A DNA stretch of 61,127 nucleotides, the filler included. It is 8 parts of 8 records of this genome, joined end to end, with 100 filler letters (N's around TTAATTAATTAA, not from the genome) between each part and the next. Parts side by side here need not be neighbours in the genome. Positions count along the whole stretch, not along the records: positions 6,230 to 17,132 come from SRR31156797_30937; positions 17,233 to 29,511 come from SRR31156797_30944; 6 more parts are not named here. The stretch is one strand, 5' to 3'. The stretch's first letter is position 1. Every line of letters starts with the position of its first letter. The notes beneath the pieces were generated by a model. That model saw only the letters and a program-made list of their open reading frames with translations. It did not search any database and had not been told where the DNA came from. A program made the position numbers and the translations under genes. Below, one piece after another: positions 10,213-20,006 of this stretch.

Positions 10213-11850
10213 CTATATATTCATTACTTTTAACCGTCTCCATAAAGTGCTGTAATCGATGTCCAGAATTCTAACCGCTTCGCTCTTGTTTCCATTGGTA
10301 TGGTTCAAAACGTGTTTTGTGTATCGCTGAATCATTTCTTCCTGGGTTGGAAAGTCGGTGACAAGGGTTGACGGCCCGCCTGAATTCCCGGTTATGCCGG
10401 CCGGGAGGTGTTCCGGAAGAATAAGGTAGTTCGGAGACAGCACTGTTGCATATTCAACGGCATTCATGAGTTCCCGGACATTGCCCGGCCATTGGTGGGA
10501 AGAAATTAATCTAAGAGCTTCGGGAGTGAAACCGGGGTGGTCAGGGCGAAGGCGATCAAGAAAATAGCGGGACAGCGCCAGTATATCCTGCTTTCGGTCT
10601 CGGAGAGGAGGAATTACTATTGGAATAACAGCCAACCGGTAATATAAATCCTCGCGGAATGCCCCGGAGCGGACCATATCCTTAAGGTCGCTGTTTGTGG
10701 CGGCAATTATCCGGGCCTCAACCGTAATATCCCGTACGGCGCCGACCGGGCGGACTTCTCTTTCCTGAATCGCCCTTAACAGCTTGGCCTGTAGTTCCAG
10801 CGGCAAATCGCCGATTTCATCCAACAGAATAGTCCCCCTGCCCGCCTCCACAAACAAACCCTTTTTGTCTCTGTCCGCGCCGGTAAAAGCCCCTTTAACA
10901 TGTCCGAACAGTTCTGATTCAAGAAGGTTGGGCGGAAGGGCCGCGCAGTTGACCGCTCTGAAAGGCTGGTCCGCCCTTCCGGAATACCGGTGGATGTAAC
11001 GCGCCAGGATCTCCTTCCCTGTCCCGCTTTCTCCAACGATAAGTACAGTGGCCGATGTGGGGGCTACCTTATCCGCCAGCGACAGAACCCGGGCCATGGC
11101 TTCACTCCGGTAAACAACGCCGTCTTCATCCGGTGATGACGACCTGTCGACCTGAAGCCTGTGTATCTCCTCCCTTTGACGCTCAACTTCCTCCCAGGCT
11201 TCCTGCAGTTGAGACCTCAAAAGGGCCACGTCTTCATCAATGCTGTACCCGGTTTTTAAGCTGCGCCTGCTTCCGGGCGCAAGCCCCCATTCCTTAATCG
11301 CCCGCCCTTCAAACCTGCAGACTTTCCTGCCCTGGGCCCGGCAGCTCAATTCCTTCACCAACACCTCTTCGCCCAAAACCGCGCTGGCATAGCCGCCGGC
11401 CAGGCCGGCCATAATATGGCAAACATTACTCGAACTTAAACCGTTCTGACGAAGCCACTGGCTTGCTTCAAGCGAGTCCCTCCAAACGCCCTTGATGAGC
11501 AGAGTCTTTTTGTCCCGATCCATTTGGAAATATGTCAGGTCGACATGAGCCAGGCCGACAATGGTCACCAGGTTAATGCCGGCTTTCATCCATTCGTCCA
11601 CTGAATCCCAGTCATACAAATCCGCCATGGCGGTTGCTGTGGACAAACCGGCTTCATATCCATGTTTCTCCAACATCAGGCCGGCCCGTTCCATACCCAT
11701 TATTTCCACCAGGTCGGTTTGCAGAAGACCGAGTGAACGGGTCCCCATTATCATGGTTCTTGAAGCGGCAAACAGGGGCAAGCCCCATTCGCCTTGAAGA
11801 GAAAACACTTCCTTGGCTGACAGGTCTTCCGCTTTCACATGCGCCTCCAA
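10213..11850 (-). CDS. Sigma-54-dependent activator, XylR/DmpR type (XylR_N + V4R + AAA+ + Fis HTH)
   Basis: GESGTGKE Walker A, ESELFGHVKGAFTGA, LLDEIGD Walker B, FREDLYYRL, WPGNVREL, C-terminal HTH; V4R Zn ligands C..E..C..C (VCHI, KELSCRAQGRKVCRF). Confidence 0.93.
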   Translation of the reverse strand: MEAHVKAEDLSAKEVFSLQGEWGLPLFAASRTMIMGTRSLGLLQTDLVEIMGMERAGLMLEKHGYEAGLSTATAMADLYDWDSVDEWMKAGINLVTIVGLAHVDLTYFQMDRDKKTLLIKGVWRDSLEASQWLRQNGLSSSNVCHIMAGLAGGYASAVLGEEVLVKELSCRAQGRKVCRFEGRAIKEWGLAPGSRRSLKTGYSIDEDVALLRSQLQEAWEEVERQREEIHRLQVDRSSSPDEDGVVYRSEAMARVLSLADKVAPTSATVLIVGESGTGKEILARYIHRYSGRADQPFRAVNCAALPPNLLESELFGHVKGAFTGADRDKKGLFVEAGRGTILLDEIGDLPLELQAKLLRAIQEREVRPVGAVRDITVEARIIAATNSDLKDMVRSGAFREDLYYRLAVIPIVIPPLRDRKQDILALSRYFLDRLRPDHPGFTPEALRLISSHQWPGNVRELMNAVEYATVLSPNYLILPEHLPAGITGNSGGPSTLVTDFPTQEEMIQRYTKHVLNHTNGNKSEAVRILDIDYSTLWRRLKVMNI

Positions 11851-11893
11851 AAATGATGTAAAAATATTGATTAAATTTTCTCTTTTCGATTTA

Positions 11894-11927
11894 TTGCAAA
11901 ATACAATACAATTATTGAATTATGCAA
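11894..11927. promoter_or_regulatory. Paired upstream activator sites for the sigma-54 activator
   Basis: TTGCAAAATACAA (11894-11906) and TTGAATTATGCAA (11915-11927): imperfect palindromes 21 bp apart, about 75-110 bp upstream of the -24 GG. Confidence 0.6.
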
Positions 11928-12000
11928 TAATTAATCAGCCCCGGACAATTATCAACGCCATAACATGCTGCAATAATTCATTTATTCAAAGCATGCCATC

Positions 12001-12017
12001 TTGGCGCCATCATTGCT
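12001..12017 (+). promoter_or_regulatory. Sigma-54 (-24/-12) promoter
   Basis: TTGGCGCCATCATTGCT: GG at 12003-4, exactly 10 nt, GC at 12015-16; close match to TGGCAC-N5-TTGC; upstream of the SDR operon and next to a sigma-54 activator gene. Confidence 0.85.
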
Positions 12018-12105
12018 CAAACTTCATTTATTCATTTGAAAATATAAATTCTGCGAATATCTAATTTCGGCGCCATTGTTCGTTGGCCTGCACGGGAGAA
12101 CCAGG

Positions 12106-12909
12106 TTGAAAAGCAACTTTTTTAAAAATAAAAAAATATGGATCACCGGGGCTTCATCCGGAATCGGAGAACATCTGGCCTACGGCCTTTCCAGACAAGG
12201 CGCCCGCCTTATCCTTTCCGCCCGGAATAAAAATGAATTAAACAGGGTGGCTGATAATTGCGGCCTCCCAAAAGACCAAATAGCCGTGCTTCCTCTTGAC
12301 CTGGAAAAAGTGGATGCCTTGGCGCCCATCGGCCGTGAAGCCGTCGAAATATACGGCGGACTTGACATGCTCATTAACAACGGCGGAATCAGCCAGCGAT
12401 CCCTGGTCATGGATACCAGCCTGCAAGTCGACCGCCGCATTATGAATATCGACTACCTGGGACAGGTCGCCCTGACCAAGGCTGTTTTGCCGACAATGCT
12501 CGCCGCAAGTTCCGGTCATATTGTCGTGGTCAGTAGTCTTACCGGAAAAATCGCTACTCCGCTCAGATCATCTTATTGTGCGGCCAAGCACGCCTTGCAT
12601 GGTTTTTTCAATTCTTTGCGCATGGAAGTTCACCAGGACAACATCAAGGTCACTATCGTCTGCCCGGCCAGCATTACCACAAACGTGTCGCTGAACGCCC
12701 TTGCCGGCGACGGCAATAAATATGGAAAAATGGATGAACGGCAGGCAGGCGGAATGAGCGCTGAGAAATGCGTCCGCCGCATAATCCGCGCCCTGGAAAA
12801 AGGCAGGGAAGAGATCGACATCGGGCCGCCTATCATTTACGCGGCCCTGGTTAAAAGGCTATTTCCCGGGCTCTATTCCAAAGCGGTCCGGCGGGCTCGA
12901 GTAACCTGA
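12106..12909 (+). CDS. SDR oxidoreductase (DHRS7-like)
   Basis: WITGASSGIG, NNGG, VVSS, YCAAK; likely TTG start at 12106 after GGGAG (track start 12076). Confidence 0.9.
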   Translation: MKSNFFKNKKIWITGASSGIGEHLAYGLSRQGARLILSARNKNELNRVADNCGLPKDQIAVLPLDLEKVDALAPIGREAVEIYGGLDMLINNGGISQRSLVMDTSLQVDRRIMNIDYLGQVALTKAVLPTMLAASSGHIVVVSSLTGKIATPLRSSYCAAKHALHGFFNSLRMEVHQDNIKVTIVCPASITTNVSLNALAGDGNKYGKMDERQAGGMSAEKCVRRIIRALEKGREEIDIGPPIIYAALVKRLFPGLYSKAVRRARVT

Positions 12910-12984
12910 CGTTTTAAATCCGCACCACAGATCCCGCGCCTTAAAAATCCTGCACGGGACAAAACAAAAGGAGGCTGAACACCG

Positions 12985-13866
12985 ATGAAACCTGACATTC
13001 TTTCCAGTGACAAGGTCATTATCACGGCGGCAATAACCGGAGGAATTCATGGCAAATGGGCCAATGAGACCATCCCGATTACACCTGAGGAGCAGGCCCA
13101 AGACGCCCTGGACTGCTACAATGCAGGGGCTTCAGTGCTTCACCTTCACGTCAGGGGCGAAGACGGACAGAACACTCCGGACATCAGCGTTTATAATCGC
13201 GCGGTCAGCCTTATCGGAGAAAAATGCCCCATTATAAGGCAGATCGGCAACGGCATCGGCGCCCGCCTGGATGAAGGACTCAATATCCTTCAACCGACCG
13301 AAGAAGAAAGACTCAACCTCCTGACCATCGATCCCAAACCTGAAATGCACACTATCAACGCCGGGACCTTTGAATTCAGAACTCCATACGGCGGAGACGT
13401 CTTTCAAAATTCAATGTCCTTCAACGAAAAATACGCGCAAGGCTGCAAGGAAAACGGCTTCGGCCTGGAAATAGAGGTTTATGATCTGAGCCACATCTCC
13501 AATGCCCTGGAGTTGGTTGACAAGGGCTTTTTATCTCCGCCCCTCCATTTCAGCATTGTCCTGGGCATCATGGGCGGCGCCGCGGCCAATGCAGGCAACC
13601 TGTTGCGCATGGTCGAAGAACTCCCCGAAGGTTCAACCTGGCAGGTGGTCACTATCGGCAAGTACCACGTTCGCAGCACGCTCATCGCCATGTCCCTGGG
13701 AGGAAACATCAGAACCGGCCTGGAAGATACAATCTACTATGAAAAAGGAGAAAAAGCCGAAGGCAACGCCCAACTCGTGGAAAGGATGGTTCGCCTGGCC
13801 CGTGAAATAGGGAGGGAACCGGCCACTGTGGATGAAGCCCGACAGATGCTGGGCCTGGCCGGGTAG
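12985..13866 (+). CDS. Beta-keto acid cleavage enzyme (BKACE/DUF849, Kce family)
   Basis: IITAAITG, PITPEEQA, AGASVLHLHVR (HxH Zn ligands), EVYD, GGNIRTGLED, NAQLVER, ATVDEARQML; GGAGG RBS. Confidence 0.92.
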   Translation: MKPDILSSDKVIITAAITGGIHGKWANETIPITPEEQAQDALDCYNAGASVLHLHVRGEDGQNTPDISVYNRAVSLIGEKCPIIRQIGNGIGARLDEGLNILQPTEEERLNLLTIDPKPEMHTINAGTFEFRTPYGGDVFQNSMSFNEKYAQGCKENGFGLEIEVYDLSHISNALELVDKGFLSPPLHFSIVLGIMGGAAANAGNLLRMVEELPEGSTWQVVTIGKYHVRSTLIAMSLGGNIRTGLEDTIYYEKGEKAEGNAQLVERMVRLAREIGREPATVDEARQMLGLAG

Positions 13867-13966
13867 CAGAAGCTGCACTTACAGTGTAGTTTACACATTG
13901 AACCAACAAACATTTTAGGCGCCGCCCGCCGCCGGAACAAATTATGTTCATTAGGAGGACCTGTAA

Positions 13967-15304
13967 ATGTCCGAGCAAAATATTGAATCCAGGCTTAAAC
14001 GGCGTATAGGCTTTCCCGGCCTGTTAGCCATGTGCGTGGGATTAAACATCGGCGGCGCCCTGTTCGCCCTGACCAGCCTGGCGGCAGGCCTGACCGGCCC
14101 CTCCCTTCCCCTGGCCATGCTGGTTTCAGCCATTCCCGCCCTTTTGGCCCTGGCGCCTTACAGCGTGTTGACTTCAGCCATGCCGACCACAAGCGCCACC
14201 TACAGGTACGCTCAACTGGTCCACCCAATGCTCGCCCTGATATGCATGCTGACCCTGGCCGTCTGCATTGTCATCGGCGGCCAGCCCCTTTTCGCCCTGG
14301 CCTTTGGAAAATATCTTAATTCGCTAATTCCCATAGACCCAATTATTTCCGGACTCGCGGTCCTGACAGTCTTCTATGTTATCAACCTGGTAGGAATAAA
14401 CCTGACCGCGCGCATTCAAACCATTCTTTTCGTTGTACTACTGCTTGCGCTCCTGCTCTATGTTGTCGCCGGACTGCCGGAAATCAAATCCGTAAATTTT
14501 AATAATCCTTTTCCCAAAGGCATTGGCGGAGTCTTTTCCGCGGCCGGACTTTTGTTCACTTTTTGCGCCGGCGGATTCTTTGTAGTAGATATCGGCGGTG
14601 AAGTAATAGGCGCTGAAAAAGTTTTTCCCAAAGCACTGTTATGCGGAATGATAATAGTAGTCGTATTTTACCTGTTTATCTTGACCGTTACCGTTGGAGC
14701 CGTCAATTGGAGCGAACTCGAGAATAAGTCGCTTATCGTAGTTGCTGAAACATTCATGCCCAGCGGAATGTTGGCCTTTTTCATTATCGGCGGCGCACTG
14801 GTCGCTTGCGCTACAACCATAAATGTTATCTTCACAATTGTCTCAAGAGGCCTGATGGTCGTATCCAACGAAGGCCTTCTGCCGCCTGTCCTGGGCAGGG
14901 TCAATCAGAGATTCGGAACCCCCCATGGCGGACTGACCGCGGCCTACCTGATATGCGTCCTTTCCCTTGTCCTAAACAATTCACTCATGTTTTTCGGATC
15001 CATGCTCAATCTGGGCCTGGTTTTCGCCATCACCGTGGTCGCCATATCAGGCTTGGTCCTGCCCGGACGCTTTCCCTTTTTATTTTCCAAGTCCGTCATA
15101 AGAATCAAACCTAAATTTCTTAAAATTGCCAGCGCGGCCGTTATCGGACTGAACTGCCTTATTTTTGCATTTTTCTGTATTGCCATTGGGAAAGCGGCCC
15201 TGCTTTTTCTTGGCATCGTTTTATTATGCGGCCTGTATGGATTAAGCAGAAGAATTCGAATCAAGGACGTTGCCAGGAACCTGAGAGAGTCGTACGCCCG
15301 CTGA
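13967..15304 (+). CDS. APC-superfamily amino acid/amine permease
   Basis: About 12 hydrophobic segments, GLNIGGALF in TM1, late GLLPPVLGRVNQRFGTP motif; AGGAGG RBS. Confidence 0.85.
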   Translation: MSEQNIESRLKRRIGFPGLLAMCVGLNIGGALFALTSLAAGLTGPSLPLAMLVSAIPALLALAPYSVLTSAMPTTSATYRYAQLVHPMLALICMLTLAVCIVIGGQPLFALAFGKYLNSLIPIDPIISGLAVLTVFYVINLVGINLTARIQTILFVVLLLALLLYVVAGLPEIKSVNFNNPFPKGIGGVFSAAGLLFTFCAGGFFVVDIGGEVIGAEKVFPKALLCGMIIVVVFYLFILTVTVGAVNWSELENKSLIVVAETFMPSGMLAFFIIGGALVACATTINVIFTIVSRGLMVVSNEGLLPPVLGRVNQRFGTPHGGLTAAYLICVLSLVLNNSLMFFGSMLNLGLVFAITVVAISGLVLPGRFPFLFSKSVIRIKPKFLKIASAAVIGLNCLIFAFFCIAIGKAALLFLGIVLLCGLYGLSRRIRIKDVARNLRESYAR

Positions 15305-15307
15305 TGA

Positions 15308-16144
15308 TTGGAGTTTTATAATTTGCCGCAATACAAAGTTGATAAAAAATTAAACGGAAAAGTCGCCTGGATCACCGGAGCGTCCTCGGGCATTGGAGAA
15401 GCCCTGGCCTATGCCATGGGCAGACAAGGCGCGGTAATCGTGCTTTCATCAAATGAAGAAGATGAACTTGCCCGAGTACAAAACAATTGCCGGGACATGG
15501 GCTTTAAAGCTGAAGCTTTGCCTCTTGATCTTATAAAGCCCGATGAGATGCCCTCCAAAGCCGAATTTGTCGTTTCCAGGTTTGGAGGGATAGACATACT
15601 GGTCAATAACGGCGGCATTAGCCAAAGATCCCTGGCCAGGGACGCCGGCTTTGACGTTGACAAGAAAATTCTGGAGATCGATTATTTTGGTCACATCGCC
15701 CTGACCAAAGCGGTCCTGCCTTATATGGCCTTAAAAAAATCCGGCCATATTGTTGTCACCACGTCCGTGGCCGGCAAAGTCGGCTTCCCTTACCGAACCG
15801 CCTATTGCGGGGCCAAACACGCCCTTCATGGATTTTTCGACTCGTTGCGCGCTGAAATCCGGCCCCACAATATCCATGTAACCCTTATCGTCCCCGCCGC
15901 GGTAAAAACCAGAATCGACTTTAATGCACTCACCGGAAACGGCGCCGCATTCGGCCGCAGGGACAAGGAGATCGGGGCCGGGATTTCTCCTGAAGAATGC
16001 GCTCAAAAGATCATAAAGGCCGTAATCAATAAAAAGGAAGAAGTCCTGATCGGAGGCGGACCCGGCCGACTGGCGGTCCGCGTGCACCGGTTCTCGCCCC
16101 GCCTCTATTCCTACCTCATGAAGAAAGTGGAGGTTGCTTTATAG
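15308..16144 (+). CDS. SDR oxidoreductase (paralog of 12106-12909)
   Basis: WITGASSGIG, NNGGISQRSL, YCGAK, HALHGFFDSLR. Confidence 0.9.
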   Translation: MEFYNLPQYKVDKKLNGKVAWITGASSGIGEALAYAMGRQGAVIVLSSNEEDELARVQNNCRDMGFKAEALPLDLIKPDEMPSKAEFVVSRFGGIDILVNNGGISQRSLARDAGFDVDKKILEIDYFGHIALTKAVLPYMALKKSGHIVVTTSVAGKVGFPYRTAYCGAKHALHGFFDSLRAEIRPHNIHVTLIVPAAVKTRIDFNALTGNGAAFGRRDKEIGAGISPEECAQKIIKAVINKKEEVLIGGGPGRLAVRVHRFSPRLYSYLMKKVEVAL

Positions 16145-17113
16145 ATGCGATTTTTTATAACCGGCGCCAGCGGATTCCTCGGCCGGGCAGTAACAAAAAA
16201 ACTAATTGCGGAAGGCATGAAGTTAACAGTGTTGGTTCTCCCCGGCGACCCCTGGCAGCCCCCTGAAGGAGTATCCATTGCTTACGGCGACATAACCGAC
16301 GCCGGGTCTCTTAAAGGACTTGCCGCCGGTGCGGACGCCATTTTGCACCTGGCCGGCGCTGTCGGGTATGGTGTTTCCTGGGATGCATGCCGCGCGCTCA
16401 ATGTCCTCGGAACCGAAAACATAGCCGCGGAAGCGCTCAATAGCGGCGTCAGGCGGTTCTTTCACATGAGTTCCGTATCCGTTTACGGCCGGATGCCCGA
16501 CACCCCCATAACCGAAGATTTCCCCCTGAAAAAAATTGGCGACCCTTATGGCGACACAAAAATAGAAGCTGAACTGTTATTACAAAATATGGCCGATCAA
16601 AACAGAATCGATCTGACCATAATCCGCCCGACCATGGTTTACGGTCCGGGCGACATGCTTTTTCTTCCCAAGGTCGAGGAAAATCTTAAGTCCGGTTCCG
16701 CGCGCATTATCGGCGCCGGGACCAACCGTGTGGATGCCATTCATATCGATGACGTCGCCGATTTTGTCTGCCTGGCCGTTCAAAAACCGGAATCAGTCGG
16801 CCGGGTGTATAATCTTAATAATCCGGGCAACCCGTCCTGGCAAGAAATGCTGGCGGAAATGGCCCGGACCCTGGGAGCGCCTGCGCCTGACAAAAAACTG
16901 GCCTACAACGCAGCCATTGTCGTTGCCGGTTTTATGGAACTCATGTCGGTCCTGACCCGAAAACCGCCGAGGATGACCAGGTATGCCGTCAGAAATGTCG
17001 GCCGGAGCTATAATTACGTAACCGACCGCATGTCCAGGGAACTTGGCTTTAAACCCACAAGGGACATGCTTCAATATATCAGGGAAAATTTCAACCTTCG
17101 GGAGCAATCATGA
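16145..17113 (+). CDS. Extended SDR, NAD-dependent epimerase/dehydratase (3-beta-HSD-like)
   Basis: ITGASGFLG, HLAG, SSVSVYG, YGDTK (YxxxK), IRPTMVYGPGD. Stop overlaps an ATG at 17110 that may start a further, truncated gene. Confidence 0.88.
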   Translation: MRFFITGASGFLGRAVTKKLIAEGMKLTVLVLPGDPWQPPEGVSIAYGDITDAGSLKGLAAGADAILHLAGAVGYGVSWDACRALNVLGTENIAAEALNSGVRRFFHMSSVSVYGRMPDTPITEDFPLKKIGDPYGDTKIEAELLLQNMADQNRIDLTIIRPTMVYGPGDMLFLPKVEENLKSGSARIIGAGTNRVDAIHIDDVADFVCLAVQKPESVGRVYNLNNPGNPSWQEMLAEMARTLGAPAPDKKLAYNAAIVVAGFMELMSVLTRKPPRMTRYAVRNVGRSYNYVTDRMSRELGFKPTRDMLQYIRENFNLREQS

Positions 17114-17132
17114 TAGGCGACGCAGCTGCACA

Positions 17133-17232
17133 NNNNNNNNNNNNNNNNNNNNNNNNNNNNNNNNNNNNNNNNNNNNTTAATTAATTAANNNNNNNNNNNN
17201 NNNNNNNNNNNNNNNNNNNNNNNNNNNNNNNN
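17133..17232. other. Artificial contig spacer
   Basis: N-run with TTAATTAATTAA. Confidence 0.98.
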
Positions 17233-17290
17233 CTCTCTCACTCTCCCTCTCTCCCTCTCTCCTCCTCTCCTCTTCTCCTCCTCTCTCTCA
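17233..17290. repeat. C/T low-complexity tract at contig start
   Basis: Almost pure C/T (ctctctcactctccctctctccctctctcctcctctcctcttctcctcctctctctc). Confidence 0.7.
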
Positions 17291-17315
17291 GTACCCATTT
17301 CTCAGAGCTCAGTGC

Positions 17316-17346
17316 AAAAAAAACCTCGGCGATGCCGAGGTTTTTT
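17316..17346 (-). terminator. Intrinsic (probably bidirectional) terminator of the TonB-receptor operon
   Basis: AAAAAAAACCTCGGC-GAT-GCCGAGGTTTTTT hairpin just downstream of the minus-strand stop at 17370. Confidence 0.85.
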
Positions 17347-17369
17347 CTCTATGCTTTAAAAAGTAATGA

Positions 17370-18992
17370 TTACTTATTAAGTACCATCTTGGCTGCGCGT
17401 ATGGTGTTATCAACCTGTAGCTGATAAACATATACACCTGAAGCAAGGTTTTCGGCATTGAACATGATATTATGTCCGCCGGCTTCCATGACTTCATTAC
17501 TTAGCAATGTAGCAACGCGTGAACCCGTTACGTCAAATACGGTCAAGGTAACCGTACCTGCATCTTCTAAGGTAAAGGGGATCATTGTTGCAGGGTTGAA
17601 AGGATTCGGATATGCTTTACCCAGGTCAAATGAAACAGGGTTAAAGATACTTCTTACAGAAGTAGTATAGCCGTTTCCATCCAAAATTGCGATCGGGCAT
17701 GTGCCGTCGCCATTCGGGACTGATGAAGTATAAACAACTTCATCTTCAGGATCTGCATCAACGTTACATACGTCAATGACATTGAATCTTCCGCCGCTTT
17801 TAACAACGCCGGTATCAGCTAATGTCAATTCGTAGTTAGCTGGATCGGTAATTGCACCGCTTCCATCATATTCAACTCTGAAAATCATAGCATTGGGAGG
17901 ACCTGATGATTTTGAACCGAAGATAAAATCAACATTTCCGTCACCATCGATATCTCCTTGGTCTCCACCAAAAATGCTTCCACCATCCAGATATTCACTA
18001 CCTGCAAGATCAAACAAAGCTGTTCTGGCTAATGTATCTCCCTCTTCTTGTAGGAGCCAAATGCAACGAGTCGTATCACCATAATAGTATTCACCATTCA
18101 GGATCTCTTCAAAACTATCATTATCGATATCACAAACTTGAGCTACATCAAAGGTAATACCACCCGGGAGCGGATCCATTTCGGAATATTCATATGCTGA
18201 ACCGTTCCATGTAACTTTTGAGATCTTTACTTCATCAAAAAAGTAAGCGTTTGGACCAATTACGGCCACATCCCATTTATTGTCTGCATTATAATTTATA
18301 ATATCAGCTCTGGAATATTCCAGAGTCCAGGCTTCAGTACCGGCACCATCATCGGGAATATCATCTACTGAACATATACCAAATGTCATATCTGATTTAC
18401 GTGAAGCAAAAATAATTTCGTCTGTACCATCAGAATCGATATCTTCGACTGCCCATGAGCAAGGACGAATATTTTGATCATCAAGATCTGTGATCGTCCA
18501 GACGCTTTGTGGTTCCCATTTCATAGTTGAAGGATTTTGAATTCCGAAATTATCGCCACCGGCATGTTCATAAACCCAGATACGATAGGGATTTGTTGCA
18601 CCATTATTAACAATACCCCAGGTCAATTCCATTTTACCGTCGTCATCAAGATCTGTCAATGATAATGTCGGCCAGGTATTCTGAATTATGGTTTCATCAA
18701 AATCCTGAGCATTGGCTTCCCAGACAACAGAATATTCTGTTTCACCAACAGCTCGTTCAAGTTTGTAGATCCTGGGAATGACTTCAGATTCACCATCATT
18801 CCAGTTGTCGTTAACCAGATAGATCTCGGTAGCGCCGTCACCATCAACGTCAACACCCGCAACCATAGCACCCATACCGCCGTTATTCAGGTTGGTATCA
18901 GGGGGAGCAAATGTCGATACGCGAGGAAGTACGGCAAATGCCAGTGAAGAAATGAGTACTGTAAGGAGTACTGCTCTTAACAAATTCTTCAT
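17370..18992 (-). CDS. Secreted FG-GAP/VCBS-like beta-propeller protein with T9SS type A sorting domain
   Basis: Signal peptide; repeated DxDxDG-type loops (DVDGDG, DLDDDG, DIDSDG, DIDNDS, DIDGDG); C-terminal YPNPFNP...SGVYVYQL...KMVLNK. Confidence 0.8.
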   Translation of the reverse strand: MKNLLRAVLLTVLISSLAFAVLPRVSTFAPPDTNLNNGGMGAMVAGVDVDGDGATEIYLVNDNWNDGESEVIPRIYKLERAVGETEYSVVWEANAQDFDETIIQNTWPTLSLTDLDDDGKMELTWGIVNNGATNPYRIWVYEHAGGDNFGIQNPSTMKWEPQSVWTITDLDDQNIRPCSWAVEDIDSDGTDEIIFASRKSDMTFGICSVDDIPDDGAGTEAWTLEYSRADIINYNADNKWDVAVIGPNAYFFDEVKISKVTWNGSAYEYSEMDPLPGGITFDVAQVCDIDNDSFEEILNGEYYYGDTTRCIWLLQEEGDTLARTALFDLAGSEYLDGGSIFGGDQGDIDGDGNVDFIFGSKSSGPPNAMIFRVEYDGSGAITDPANYELTLADTGVVKSGGRFNVIDVCNVDADPEDEVVYTSSVPNGDGTCPIAILDGNGYTTSVRSIFNPVSFDLGKAYPNPFNPATMIPFTLEDAGTVTLTVFDVTGSRVATLLSNEVMEAGGHNIMFNAENLASGVYVYQLQVDNTIRAAKMVLNK

Positions 18993-19022
18993 CGTTTTCT
19001 CCTTTTTCTATTAAGTTATCTT

Positions 19023-19991
19023 TTAAAGATTAATTCCAAGTGACAAACGATTGGTAATGCCAAAATTACCATGATTTGTCAATGCATAATCAAGACTGAT
19101 CATATTCATTTTAAAACCAAACCCACCGCTTAATCCGCCTTCATAAGCTGAAAGTTTATAACCACCTCTTACAAAGACCATATCTTTAAAGGAATATTCC
19201 ATTCCAATATTATATTGTTCAAGGTCGTCATTGGGATGGACCATATCAAAAGCCGCAATAAGTTTACTTGCACCTTTGTTGATCACATCAATAGCGCCAC
19301 CGAATCTAAATGTCATCGGTAATGACCATTTATCGAAATCCACTTCTATGCCGGTCAGGTAAGATCTTGCATAGCTGTAATCAATATAGGACCCGGAAAA
19401 CTGCACTTCATTTGAGAAGTTCATAATGCTCATACCGATCTTAAGATTCCTGAAATCCGAACGATATAGCAATCCGATATCCCAAGCTAAGGTGTTATAG
19501 CCATTCGAACCGTATTTTTCATTTACCCATTTTGCATTCAAACCAATGGATACCTTATCGGTCAAATAACGTCCGTAACTTAAACCAATGGCAAAGTTGC
19601 TCATATATAGCATATCTCCGGTGCCATTGGGTGATTCTTCTGTGGTAACTTCCATATCGCCGAAATTCACATACTTCACGTTCATGGAAAGTGTACCGAT
19701 GTTTTTATCCGAATACGCATACGACAAGGCACCAACATGAATGCCGGCCGGCCATTGATTGTACGCCGCATAAATATCGTTATTGTTGCCATCAACTACC
19801 CCGGCAGGATTCCAAAAAACCGATCCGGATCCTGCGGTTGTTGCGGTTACAGCTTCACCCATGGCGACCTCACGCCCTCCAACACCTATTGTCAGGAATT
19901 GTGCAACAGCAGTTCCGACAGGAGCAAAGGATTCGGCAGAAGCCGTCATAGCAAGACCAATTAATAACAAAGTAATAATTATTTTCTTCAT
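19023..19991 (-). CDS. PorV/PorQ-like (UPF0164) outer-membrane beta-barrel
   Basis: Signal peptide, GTAVAQFLTIGVGGREVAMGEA, VFWNPAG, amphipathic strands, LPMTFRFG, C-terminal NRLSLGINL. Confidence 0.85.
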   Translation of the reverse strand: MKKIIITLLLIGLAMTASAESFAPVGTAVAQFLTIGVGGREVAMGEAVTATTAGSGSVFWNPAGVVDGNNNDIYAAYNQWPAGIHVGALSYAYSDKNIGTLSMNVKYVNFGDMEVTTEESPNGTGDMLYMSNFAIGLSYGRYLTDKVSIGLNAKWVNEKYGSNGYNTLAWDIGLLYRSDFRNLKIGMSIMNFSNEVQFSGSYIDYSYARSYLTGIEVDFDKWSLPMTFRFGGAIDVINKGASKLIAAFDMVHPNDDLEQYNIGMEYSFKDMVFVRGGYKLSAYEGGLSGGFGFKMNMISLDYALTNHGNFGITNRLSLGINL

Positions 19992-20006
19992 TTTTATACT
20001 CCCGCC

